DNA of 64,000 bases from a virus (Duplodnaviria; Caudoviricetes). The stretch lies in IMG/VR virus record IMGVR_UViG_3300035182_001152. One strand, written 5' to 3'. This document shows, in pieces, positions 20,122 to 28,924 of this stretch. A program made the position numbers and the translations under genes. Position 1 is the stretch's first letter. Every line of letters begins with the position of its first letter. Below the pieces are notes generated by a model. That model did not search any database. It was not told the origin of the DNA and was given only the letters and a program-made list of their open reading frames with translations.

Positions 20122-20601
20122 ATGGAACGAGTACTCGGGATCGATCAATCATACAACAACTGCGGTTTCGTCATGAAAGATGAAGCAAACGCGATGATTG
20201 ATTTTGGTACGTTCAAGTCAGCCAAAGCAAGCGACATCTATGACCGCGCACGACAAATCGCTGGATTCGTTGCCGACAAGGCCGTTGAGCACAACGCTAA
20301 GCGAATTCACATTGAGGGGCTGGCTTTCGGCATTCGTGGTGACGCAACACGCGATCTGGCAGGCTTGCTGTTCACGATCATTACAACGCTACGTAACCGG
20401 AACATAAATGTAGAGGTGGAAATCATCGCTCCCACGTCCCTGAAGAAATTCGCTACAGGTTCTGGGAAGTCCGATAAGGCAGCGATGATTACGGCAGTCC
20501 CAGCCGCTATTCTTGAGAAGTTCACAGAAGCAAAATACAAAAAATCAACTGGATTGGCGGACTTATGCGATGCATACTGGCTGTCCCAGTTCAAGGCATA
20601 A
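20122..20601 (+). CDS. ruvC: RuvC-like Holliday junction resolvase
   Basis: VLGIDQSY, IHIEG, PTSLKKFATGSGKSDK and DLCDAY RNase H-fold acidic motifs. Confidence 0.88.
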   Translation: MERVLGIDQSYNNCGFVMKDEANAMIDFGTFKSAKASDIYDRARQIAGFVADKAVEHNAKRIHIEGLAFGIRGDATRDLAGLLFTIITTLRNRNINVEVEIIAPTSLKKFATGSGKSDKAAMITAVPAAILEKFTEAKYKKSTGLADLCDAYWLSQFKA

Positions 20602-20630
20602 TACATAGCTACCTAATGCAGGTGCAAGCC

Positions 20631-21182
20631 ATGACAAGAAGCGAAGCCAGACGACTCAATTTGATGTACTATGATGCTACAAGGCCTTGCAAATTAGGTC
20701 ACACAAAGCGCTACACGTCAACTAGGCGATGCTGTGAATGCACTGCTTCACAGGGTAGCGAATGGCGGAGAGTCAACGTAGACCGGGTCAAGCAAACGAG
20801 TGCTGCCTATTACACAAACCATGAAGCTCGGATCCAAGCTCGAACTCACAAGTACTACGAATCTAACAAACAAGCATACAAAAACCGCAGTCATCAATGG
20901 CGTAGATTGAACCCACATAAAATTGTGGAGCATAATCGACTACGAAATACGAGACTGCAGCAGGCAATTCCTGGGTGGTTTGAGGATGATTTGGTTAAGC
21001 AGCTGTACGCAAAGAGAGATGAACTCAATGAAAGGTATGACTGGGAGTTAACAGTAGACCATATTATCCCGCTAAATCCGCGCGACGGATCGGTGTGCGG
21101 ATTGCATTGTTGGGCTAACTTACAACTACCCAGCAAGGGATTAAACGACTCCAAACGCGATAACTATATCACAGACTGGTAA
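20631..21182 (+). CDS. HNH endonuclease (probably homing)
   Basis: VDHIIPL..VCGLHCWANLQL...N..K.N beta-beta-alpha-Me motif; N-terminal PCKLGH..CCEC Zn module. Confidence 0.85.
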   Translation: MTRSEARRLNLMYYDATRPCKLGHTKRYTSTRRCCECTASQGSEWRRVNVDRVKQTSAAYYTNHEARIQARTHKYYESNKQAYKNRSHQWRRLNPHKIVEHNRLRNTRLQQAIPGWFEDDLVKQLYAKRDELNERYDWELTVDHIIPLNPRDGSVCGLHCWANLQLPSKGLNDSKRDNYITDW

Positions 21183-21500
21183 CAAGTCTGTCGCTGAAAC
21201 AACACAGCGTAATAACTAGAAACATCAGGCGGATATACCCTGCTACCGCCGGAGTGGGAACAGATCAGTGCAATGCTGATAACGAGCCCGTGGTATGGAG
21301 TCCACAGAAGTTGACCCGCTTGGGAGTAATGCCCACTTTACAAATCAAACAAGCCTGTGTAGTTCAGGCCGTGAGGTACTTCCAATCAGCCACGTTAGAG
21401 CGGGGCAGGGATCAATTATCGCTGTAGCCGGTAGTTCCGACCAGAAAAACGAATCAGCCATAATGCCGTCACGAAGTAGGCATTATGGCTGATAGCGCAG
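21171..21500. ncRNA. Candidate structured non-coding RNA of unknown class
   Basis: About 345 nt between convergent genes with no credible ORF. An 11-bp long-range helix (21238-21249 with 21400-21410) encloses several short hairpins, and a 15-bp hairpin lies at 21453-21493. Confidence 0.5.
21446..21493 (-). terminator. Probable intrinsic terminator of the leftward gp26/gp51 unit (or part of the ncRNA)
   Basis: Perfect 15-bp stem ATCAGCCATAATGCC/GGCATTATGGCTGAT followed by TCGTTTTT on the minus strand. Confidence 0.55.
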
Positions 21501-21527
21501 CTCCCTATGTTCCGGCCAGCTCAGCAG

Positions 21528-21755
21528 TTAGTAGATCGGGTTGGTCTTCTTGGCTTCCATTTCGAGTCGTTTCTCGATGAACTCGCTGACGGCCTCCCGT
21601 TCCACTCGTGTCATCTCGTACATTTCACCGTACTGAATAGCGCCTCGCATGAAGTACACTAACTGGATGATATTCGTCATCATTCGACGTTTATCTTCGC
21701 TCATTCGACGAAACATCTCGCGGACGTCGTCGTGAGAGCCCGAGCTAAGCGTCAT
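21528..21755 (-). CDS. Small baseplate hub/tail assembly chaperone, gp51-like
   Basis: ATGA overlap with the gp26-like gene; LVYFMRGAIQYGEMYEMTRVERE. Confidence 0.65.
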   Translation of the reverse strand: MTLSSGSHDDVREMFRRMSEDKRRMMTNIIQLVYFMRGAIQYGEMYEMTRVEREAVSEFIEKRLEMEAKKTNPIY

Positions 21756-22555
21756 GTAAAAAAACTGACGGGGTTCGCAGAAATCTGGACTGGCATAGTC
21801 TTCTTGCAGTCCTTACACACCTGCTCAGAAACGAACTCAATACCCCACGAAGTAGCATGCTGAGCAGTGCGCTCAATCATCTTCTTCCAGCCGAGGGGCA
21901 ATGAGATCACCCATTCACGGATGTCGTTGCGGTCTGAAACATCGTCAACACGACGGATCACACCGGTAAGAGTGTTAATGATCAACGCTTCTGCCTCCAC
22001 GTGCGTGATGTCTTCCGTCTTCGTCAAAGCGGTCGTCTGGTACAACTCAACAACATCGCTGTATGTCAAGGGCTTGAGAACGACAACCTGACCATTCGGA
22101 AGTGTTGTTTTGTACTCCTCATTGATTACCGTTGGGTCAATCACCTTTGTATTGCGGATCATCTGCTGCATATCAACCATGTAGTTGTGCGTCTTCGCAC
22201 CTTCACACGTGTGGCGATACGACACTTCCATGAATTGTCCGAAAGACACCTCACGCAGACACGCCAGCAGGAAGTCCACATCTTTTGATAGGAGCTTACC
22301 TGGCTTCAACACCTGTGGAATACAGTTGGCGAAGATTTCCGTCACTGCCTTCCCTGACAGTAGCTTGTCAGGCGTGCTCAGAATGATTTCATCCATTGCC
22401 GTCATTGGGCGAACTTCAACCTCACCGCCCTTGACGCTCGGATCCAACTCACCATCATCGTAAAAAAGACCTTGAGATGGTAAGCGGTACGTGACACCAG
22501 GGACGCGTAAGCGTTCCAATAGTGGGTTCGTACGCTTTGTTACTTGTTCTGACAT
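21752..22555 (-). CDS. gp26: Baseplate hub assembly chaperone, gp26-like
   Basis: LPSQG..VEVRPMTAMDEIIL..DVDFLLACLREVSFG..CxC; C-terminal CKDC. Divergent from the tape measure gene. Confidence 0.75.
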   Translation of the reverse strand: MSEQVTKRTNPLLERLRVPGVTYRLPSQGLFYDDGELDPSVKGGEVEVRPMTAMDEIILSTPDKLLSGKAVTEIFANCIPQVLKPGKLLSKDVDFLLACLREVSFGQFMEVSYRHTCEGAKTHNYMVDMQQMIRNTKVIDPTVINEEYKTTLPNGQVVVLKPLTYSDVVELYQTTALTKTEDITHVEAEALIINTLTGVIRRVDDVSDRNDIREWVISLPLGWKKMIERTAQHATSWGIEFVSEQVCKDCKKTMPVQISANPVSFFT

Positions 22556-22612
22556 TGTTATCTCCTTTGATGGAGCTATTTAGGCAGGTTCCCTTAACGG
22601 GGGGACACAGCG

Positions 22613-22619
22613 ATAAATA
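22613..22619 (+). promoter_or_regulatory. Late promoter (ATAAATA), divergent from a minus-strand TAAATA at 22577-22582
   Basis: Upstream of the tape measure gene. Confidence 0.7.
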
Positions 22620-22642
22620 TCGAAAGTAAAGGGTATAACACC

Positions 22643-25027
22643 ATGGCAGATGCGGCACAACAGCAGTTACAACAATCAACGAGGGAGCTAACGCAAGCTC
22701 TCCGCATGCTTGCGAACCAGTCATCTCAGACTGCCGCTGCTACACAAGCAAACTACCAGAAATACCTAACCCTCAATGATGAGCTAGAGGACCACCGCAC
22801 TCAAATTATCAAAGGCCGCACCCTAACTAAGCAGCAACAAAAGCTCGATGAGGAGATGTTGGCTGCAAAGCGGAAGGAACTCCATCTTCTGAAAGAGTAT
22901 CAGAAGGCGCAAGAATCCGCCAACGAGATCGCCAACAATACAAATAAGTCGGAGTTGGAGAAGAGCGAAGCGGCCAAACATGCTCAGAAAGCTCTCCGTC
23001 GCTTCGAAGCTGCGCAGGGCGAGACGGTGGCCGCAACTAAAGAACTTGAAGATTCGCTCAGTGGGCTGACAAAAGGCGTTAACCTTGCCGGTATGGCAAT
23101 GGTCTGGTTTGGCACGACTGTAAAGAACGCCGCTTTTCAGGCACGCGACCAAGTTGTAGCAAACCAAGGAATGGTCTCAGGCACCGGAAGCCTGATTGAT
23201 GCCCTGAAGCAACAACAAGACGAAGCTCTGTCACTTGGTTTGTCTGGCTCTGAGTACGCAGGTATTATCAACGAGAGCCGTCAAATGGTTAACGCCATGG
23301 GTGGCGCATCCATGGCAACCAAGGAAGCTGAATCCAGTTTAGTCAGCTTCTACACGATGACTGGTGACTCGAAGAAGGCGTACGAGGCACTCATTCAGAC
23401 AATGGGAACGTTTGCTGCCAAGGGTATTACCCCCACGCAGCAAGTTCTTGAGGGATATGCACAAGACGTCAAGACGCTTGGAATGCAGACGGGTATGAAC
23501 GAGGCACAAGCACGTCAGTACTACGAAGACATTGCTTCTGACGCTGACTCAATTGACTTACTGCGGAGTGCACGCAAGGAAGAACGCGCGGCTATTCTAG
23601 CCAGCCAGCGCGCTATGGTGCAGCAAGCCATTGCTGTTGGTATGACAGCAGAGCAGGCGAAGGAAGCCACAAAAATGTTGAACAAGATGGTTGACGCGAA
23701 GCCGCTCGATCGTCTGAGGCAAGCTGCAAAGATTCGCGCTCTGAGTGGCGCACTGGGAATTGCTGGTGGTAACGAAGCTGCCGACGCACTTATCGCTGGC
23801 AAGCGCGCAACTGCTGTCCAAAAGCAAGCAATAATGCAGTTCGGCCAGAATGCTGCAAATGCAATGGATCAGGCAGCGAGACAAGGTTTTGGCTCTGAAA
23901 TCGTTGCATCACAGTTGATGGATAAGCTAGATCTCGACCAATACTACGGCAAAGGTAGCCCATTTTCAACCACGCTTGGTGACAAGCTTGCAAACCCAAT
24001 CAAGGAGCTGCAAGCATCAACAGTTGACGCATCAAAGAGTCAACTGGCTAAACTTGCCTATCTAGCCGACAAGGCAGCCAGACAAGCAGAGCTACTGACT
24101 GGTGGCAACCATTACCTTGGTGTTCTAGTTAGCACCGTCGAGCTGATCGCAGCAATGGTGATTGGCGGAAAACTTGTTAGCTTCGGTAAGAATCTACTCG
24201 GAGAGGTTGCAGGCAAATTGGGTCTTCGGGGAGCAGCCGCAGGAGCTGCTGGTGAGGCCGCCGCGGTCGGTGAAGGCGTTGCTGCAGGTGCCGGCGGTGC
24301 TACTGAAGGAGCAACTGGGGCTGCCGAAGGTGTTGCGGGCGCAGCAGAAGGAACATCTACAGCGGTGACTGCACTCAGCACTCTAAGCAAGGCAGCCAAG
24401 ATTCTCGGCCCACTCGCAACCGTTGGTGCAGGCGTGTACGAGGGCTATCAATCGTACAAAGAAAACGGCAGGACGGGCGAAGCAGTTGGCACTGGTGTTG
24501 GTACAGCCGCGGGGGGTCTAGCTGGCGGCTGGGCAGGTGCCGGTGCCGGTGCCGCAGCAGGCGCCTTTGTTGGCAGCATCGTCCCTGTAATCGGTACAGC
24601 TGTTGGCGCCGCCGTCGGCGGCGTGTTTGGCGGCCTTGGAGGCGGCTTGTTTGGCGCTCGGGGCGGTGGTAAGGTCGGCAAAGCAGTTGGTGGTAAATTT
24701 GATCCAGAGGGCAAGCCTGTCGTTCCGAACCCAGCCGCTGACGAGAAAGATCCCGCTGTCGAAGTGGCAAAGCGTACCGCCGACTCGAACGCGTCAATCA
24801 TGACTGCTGTCACCTCAACGGCCGACGGCATTGCTGCTCAACTGAAGAAGATGGATCAACAAAATACTACACTGCAATCAATTGCAGACATGACGCAGCG
24901 CGTAATTGAGCTGAACGAAAAGCAGTTGATTGCTCTAACGATGACGGAGAAGGAACGCACTGATACGAACACTCGTAAGACCCTTCGTCGCAACAATAAG
25001 TTTGGTTCACAATACAACTACGTATAA
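22643..25027 (+). CDS. Tail tape measure protein (794 aa)
   Basis: Long helical Ala/Gln/Lys-rich sequence with a glycine-zipper segment (GAAAGAFVGSIVPVIGTAVGAAVGG); adjacent to the chaperones. Confidence 0.8.
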   Translation: MADAAQQQLQQSTRELTQALRMLANQSSQTAAATQANYQKYLTLNDELEDHRTQIIKGRTLTKQQQKLDEEMLAAKRKELHLLKEYQKAQESANEIANNTNKSELEKSEAAKHAQKALRRFEAAQGETVAATKELEDSLSGLTKGVNLAGMAMVWFGTTVKNAAFQARDQVVANQGMVSGTGSLIDALKQQQDEALSLGLSGSEYAGIINESRQMVNAMGGASMATKEAESSLVSFYTMTGDSKKAYEALIQTMGTFAAKGITPTQQVLEGYAQDVKTLGMQTGMNEAQARQYYEDIASDADSIDLLRSARKEERAAILASQRAMVQQAIAVGMTAEQAKEATKMLNKMVDAKPLDRLRQAAKIRALSGALGIAGGNEAADALIAGKRATAVQKQAIMQFGQNAANAMDQAARQGFGSEIVASQLMDKLDLDQYYGKGSPFSTTLGDKLANPIKELQASTVDASKSQLAKLAYLADKAARQAELLTGGNHYLGVLVSTVELIAAMVIGGKLVSFGKNLLGEVAGKLGLRGAAAGAAGEAAAVGEGVAAGAGGATEGATGAAEGVAGAAEGTSTAVTALSTLSKAAKILGPLATVGAGVYEGYQSYKENGRTGEAVGTGVGTAAGGLAGGWAGAGAGAAAGAFVGSIVPVIGTAVGAAVGGVFGGLGGGLFGARGGGKVGKAVGGKFDPEGKPVVPNPAADEKDPAVEVAKRTADSNASIMTAVTSTADGIAAQLKKMDQQNTTLQSIADMTQRVIELNEKQLIALTMTEKERTDTNTRKTLRRNNKFGSQYNYV

Positions 25028-25088
25028 ACAGCCGATAAATTGACGACATAAATATTAGATAGTCTGAGTACACACCTAGGGACCAACA

Positions 25089-26759
25089 ATGGCAAAGTTT
25101 GCAGAGTTCTATAAGATCGTTACGCCCAAGCCTGGCGTAACGACAATGTCCGATAGCCAAGGGATTGGCGATCAGGGCAGCTATGCCAATTACACGTGGT
25201 ATCAGCGTCTCGTCCAAGGCTCAGCATCTCGTCTGACGCGCTACCGCGAATACGACATGATGGACAACGACGTAGAAGTCGCCCGCTCCCTTGACACAAT
25301 CGCTGAAGAAATGATTGGCTCTGATCCAAACTCCGATATGCCGCTGGAATTGGTGATGGATAGCGCCAAAGACGACAATATCCCAACCTCTGCTGTGATG
25401 ACGCTTCGTGCTGCTTTGCGGTACTGGAATGATCTTCACGAGTGGAACAACCGTCTATTCTGGCTGTCGCGCACAACAATCAAGTACGGCGACTGCTTTT
25501 ACCTGCGCCATAAAGACACACGCATGTGGGAGTACGTTCACCCAAAGACTGTTGTAGCTGCAATCGTTGATGAACGCGACATGACCAAGGTAATCGGATG
25601 GCAGATTAAGCGTGATACAAAGGCGCCAAATTCTCCATACAACCAGCCAACTGGTCACATGGGCAATTACTCAAATGAGCTGGTCGACACTTTCAGCGCC
25701 GATGAGATTGTGTGGTTCTCATTACGCAATGACATGTCCGAGGCAGCACCCTTCGGTGAATCAATCCTTCGCGCTGTCTATCGTGCACAGAAGCAGAAGG
25801 AACTGCTAGAAGACGCCATCATCATCTACCGGATTCAACGTGCTCCTGAACGCCGCGTATTCTATATCGATGTGGGCAAAATGCCGCCTCAACGCGTCAA
25901 GGCTCACTTGGAAGGGATCAAGAACGAGATCCGCCAACGCAAGATCCCCACATTTGGCGGTGGTACTGATCAGGTTGATTCTGTATACAACCCACAACAA
26001 ATGAGCGAAGACTTTTTCTTCGCTCAGCGTCCTGATGGTGCTGGCAGCAAGGTTGAAACGCTACCTGGCGGCCAAGGGCTTGGCGAGCTCGCCGACCTGG
26101 AATACTTCCAGTGGAAGGTCTTCCGTGGCTTGCGTATTCCTCTGTCGTTCATGCGTGAAGGTCAAGATAACGCAATGATGTCAGATGGCAAGACGGGCGT
26201 TGCATACATTCAAGAACTCCGCTTTGCAATGTACATTAAGCGCCTGCAGGGTTACATGAACCGTGTCCTAGACAAGGAATTCAAACGTTACCTACGCGCC
26301 GCAGGCATCAACGTCGATCCGACAATCTTCCACATCAAGCTGAATGACCCAGAAAACTTCGGCATCTACCGTCAACAACAGTTGGACAACGACCTATTGA
26401 CAACGTACTCACAGACAGCGGCGATTGAACACATGTCCAAGCGCTTTGCACAGAAGAAGTACCTCCAGATGCCTGATGAGGAAATTCTGCTCAACTTCCG
26501 TTGGCGTTGTGAAGAGTTGGGACTTGATCCTGACGGAGACCCGAAAGCTAACATGCTAGCTGTTTACGGCCCTCCACCGGCAGAGGATGGCGGAATGGGT
26601 GCTGGTGGCTTGGGTGGAATGATGGCTGGAACGCTTGGCGGCCCTGGCATGGATCAACCGTTAGGTATGGGTGAACCAGGCATGGGCGGTCCCGAAACTC
26701 AAATTGGAGGCGCCGCTCAACCCCCCGGAAATGGTGGGGCAACTCCGCCGGCCCAGTAA
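25089..26759 (+). CDS. gp20: Portal protein
   Basis: YREYDMM..EDAIIIYRIQRAPERRVFYIDVGKMP..EDFF T4 gp20 motifs; late promoter at 25048-25054. Confidence 0.95.
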   Translation: MAKFAEFYKIVTPKPGVTTMSDSQGIGDQGSYANYTWYQRLVQGSASRLTRYREYDMMDNDVEVARSLDTIAEEMIGSDPNSDMPLELVMDSAKDDNIPTSAVMTLRAALRYWNDLHEWNNRLFWLSRTTIKYGDCFYLRHKDTRMWEYVHPKTVVAAIVDERDMTKVIGWQIKRDTKAPNSPYNQPTGHMGNYSNELVDTFSADEIVWFSLRNDMSEAAPFGESILRAVYRAQKQKELLEDAIIIYRIQRAPERRVFYIDVGKMPPQRVKAHLEGIKNEIRQRKIPTFGGGTDQVDSVYNPQQMSEDFFFAQRPDGAGSKVETLPGGQGLGELADLEYFQWKVFRGLRIPLSFMREGQDNAMMSDGKTGVAYIQELRFAMYIKRLQGYMNRVLDKEFKRYLRAAGINVDPTIFHIKLNDPENFGIYRQQQLDNDLLTTYSQTAAIEHMSKRFAQKKYLQMPDEEILLNFRWRCEELGLDPDGDPKANMLAVYGPPPAEDGGMGAGGLGGMMAGTLGGPGMDQPLGMGEPGMGGPETQIGGAAQPPGNGGATPPAQ

Positions 26760-26845
26760 ATCCGCGCGATTTCCGAACGCGTACCAATAAATAAATCAGC
26801 GGCTTCGTGACGGAGCCTACAACAACTTCCACATAGGGGTCAAGT

Positions 26846-27112
26846 ATGAACAAGCAAATGAAGCAACATCTCGAATCAGTAGTCGACGCTCTGGTTGAAC
26901 AAGATACAGCCGCAGCCAAGGAAGCCTTCCACAGCTACCTGCGCCTGAAGTCACAAGCCATCCTGATGGGTGAAGCTGCCGATGAGTCGGACGATGAAGA
27001 CGACGAAAAGAAGGATGACAAGAAGGTCGATAAGGATCTGAAGAAGGTTGACAAAGACCTGAAGAAGGCCGAAAAGGACCAAAAGAAGGACGTTGAAGAT
27101 ACTGAAGAGTAA
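26846..27112 (+). CDS. Small acidic prohead core protein (gp67-like position)
   Basis: Between portal and protease, highly charged; late promoter at 26787-26793. Confidence 0.65.
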   Translation: MNKQMKQHLESVVDALVEQDTAAAKEAFHSYLRLKSQAILMGEAADESDDEDDEKKDDKKVDKDLKKVDKDLKKAEKDQKKDVEDTEE

Positions 27113-27134
27113 TCTCAACGGCTAAGGAGACGTC

Positions 27135-27773
27135 ATGTCAAACTCACCAATCCTACTCTGTGAAGAGCTGTACGCGCCTGAAGCACGAATCGTTTCCGAA
27201 TCGTCATCAGACGGCAAGTCCATGTGGCTTAACGGCGTTTGCATGCAGAGCACGATCAAGAACCGTAATGGTCGTAACTACCCGCTGCAAGAAATTGCTA
27301 ACGCTGTCAACAGCGCGAAGCAACGCATCAAGGAAAACAATGGCATTTTTGGTGAGCTTGATCACCCACAAACTCTGAACATCAATAGCGATCGCATTTC
27401 ACACGTGATCACCGAAATGTGGATGAGTGGCAATGATGCCTACGGTAAGGCAAAGCTGCTGAACACACCAATGGGTCTAATCGCTCAAGAGCTGCTGAAG
27501 AGCGGCGTCAAAATTGGTGTATCAAGCCGTGGTGCTGGTAATGTTAACGAAAGTGGTGATGTTCAGGGCTTCCAGTTCATCACATACGACATCGTCATTA
27601 CACCAAGCGCTCCAGGTGCAATGCCAGGCCTAGTGTACGAATCTCTATTGTCCAAGCAAGGTCAAAAGGTTCAAACGCTGTCTGAACAGATGCGTAATGA
27701 CCCAGCAGCTCAGAAGTACTTCAAGAAGGAATTCCTGAAGTGGCTAAACACATCTGACTTTGCTAAGGTCTGA
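27135..27773 (+). CDS. gp21: Prohead protease
   Basis: NRNGRNYP, GELDHP and GVSSRGAG catalytic motifs. Confidence 0.95.
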   Translation: MSNSPILLCEELYAPEARIVSESSSDGKSMWLNGVCMQSTIKNRNGRNYPLQEIANAVNSAKQRIKENNGIFGELDHPQTLNINSDRISHVITEMWMSGNDAYGKAKLLNTPMGLIAQELLKSGVKIGVSSRGAGNVNESGDVQGFQFITYDIVITPSAPGAMPGLVYESLLSKQGQKVQTLSEQMRNDPAAQKYFKKEFLKWLNTSDFAKV

Positions 27774-27817
27774 TTTCAAGCTAACGAAGCGACAAATCTG
27801 AAATTTTCAGGTGCCAC

Positions 27818-27845
27818 AAAAAGCCGCAGAAATCTGCGGCTTTTT
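27818..27845 (+). terminator. Intrinsic terminator
   Basis: AAAAAGCCGCAG-AAAT-CTGCGGCTTTTT. Confidence 0.8.
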
Positions 27846-27943
27846 CATTCTCACGAGCTAGTTTTACTGGCTCAAGGGAACAGTCCCATAAATAAATTCA
27901 CAACAAGATTTGCACTAAGCAACTTGTCACGGAGAACACCCAA

Positions 27944-28879
27944 ATGGATGAACTGTTTAACAAACTACTTGCCGCGGAAGTACTGACCGAGGAAACGAAG
28001 CAAGAGCTACAAGCAGCCTTTACTGAAAAGCTCAATGAAGCAGTTCAAAAGGCACGTGCTGACGCTCAAGCTGCAGTCACTGCCGAACTAAACGAAGCTT
28101 GGCTGTCCGAACGTGACACCCTGATCGAAGCACTCGATGCTAAGGTCACAGAAGCTCTAACAGAAGAAATGTCGGAACTGCGTACAGATATTGAACGCTT
28201 CCGCGATCTCGAAGCTGAATACGCTGAAAAGCTGGTCGAAGCTAAGGGTCAAATGGCTATCACCGTCAAGAAGGATGTGGCCCAGTTGATTGAAAAGCTC
28301 GACAACTTCCTGGAAATCCGCCTGGCCACCGAAATCGAAGAGCTGCGCGAAGACATCCAAGAAGTGAAGAAGAACGAATTTGGTAAGAAGGTGTTTGAAT
28401 CGTTTGTTGCTGAATTCAAGAAGCACTACGCTGGTGATGATTCCATCGAAGCGAAACTGAATGAATCAGAACAACGTCTGGAAGACACACTTGCCGCTCT
28501 TGAAGAAGCTGAAAAGAAGGCTGCAAAGCTGGAACGCTCTATCAAGATGGAAAAGACTTTGGCGCCACTATCTGGTCGTTCACGCGACGTGATGGAAGCA
28601 ATCCTGAAGAGCATCGACACACCGATGCTTGAAGAAGCTTACAACACGTACGTCGGCCGAGTGCTCAAGGAAACGTCCGCTAAGGACGTAAAGACCTCAG
28701 AGAAGGAAGATGCAGTACTAGCTGAAGGTAAGGGTAAGAAGGAAGTAACTGGTGTTGTGAAGTCTGGTGACGACAAGGCACTGAAGGAAGAAGAAGCAAT
28801 TCTGGAATCCGCAGAACCAAAGTCCACGATTTCGACATCTGAAAAGGACCGCTACCGTCGTCTCGCCGGTTTGGCCTAA
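27944..28879 (+). CDS. gp22: Prohead scaffold protein
   Basis: Acidic coiled coil between protease and capsid genes; late promoter at 27888-27894. Confidence 0.88.
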   Translation: MDELFNKLLAAEVLTEETKQELQAAFTEKLNEAVQKARADAQAAVTAELNEAWLSERDTLIEALDAKVTEALTEEMSELRTDIERFRDLEAEYAEKLVEAKGQMAITVKKDVAQLIEKLDNFLEIRLATEIEELREDIQEVKKNEFGKKVFESFVAEFKKHYAGDDSIEAKLNESEQRLEDTLAALEEAEKKAAKLERSIKMEKTLAPLSGRSRDVMEAILKSIDTPMLEEAYNTYVGRVLKETSAKDVKTSEKEDAVLAEGKGKKEVTGVVKSGDDKALKEEEAILESAEPKSTISTSEKDRYRRLAGLA

Positions 28880-28924
28880 ATCTCAACCTGCTATTACTAG
28901 CAAACCACTCTACGGAGAAACACA

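Noticed and set aside
21160-21310. Group I intron (ATCACAGACTG resembles the R/P7 element) carrying the HNH gene
   Set aside because: There is no properly placed S/P7' partner, ruvC looks complete, and no second exon exists on that strand.
21285-21400. Pistol, twister or hammerhead ribozyme, tmRNA or RNase P
   Set aside because: Only partial word matches (CGTGG..CCAC, GCCACGTTA, CCCAAGC). The catalytic cores, tRNA-like arms and GAGGAAAGUCC are absent.
21466-26813. Shared 11-mer CTTCGTGACGG in two intergenic hairpins (21466-76 minus, 26803-13 plus)
   Set aside because: A 10-mer of it also occurs in coding DNA near 3570, so chance cannot be excluded.
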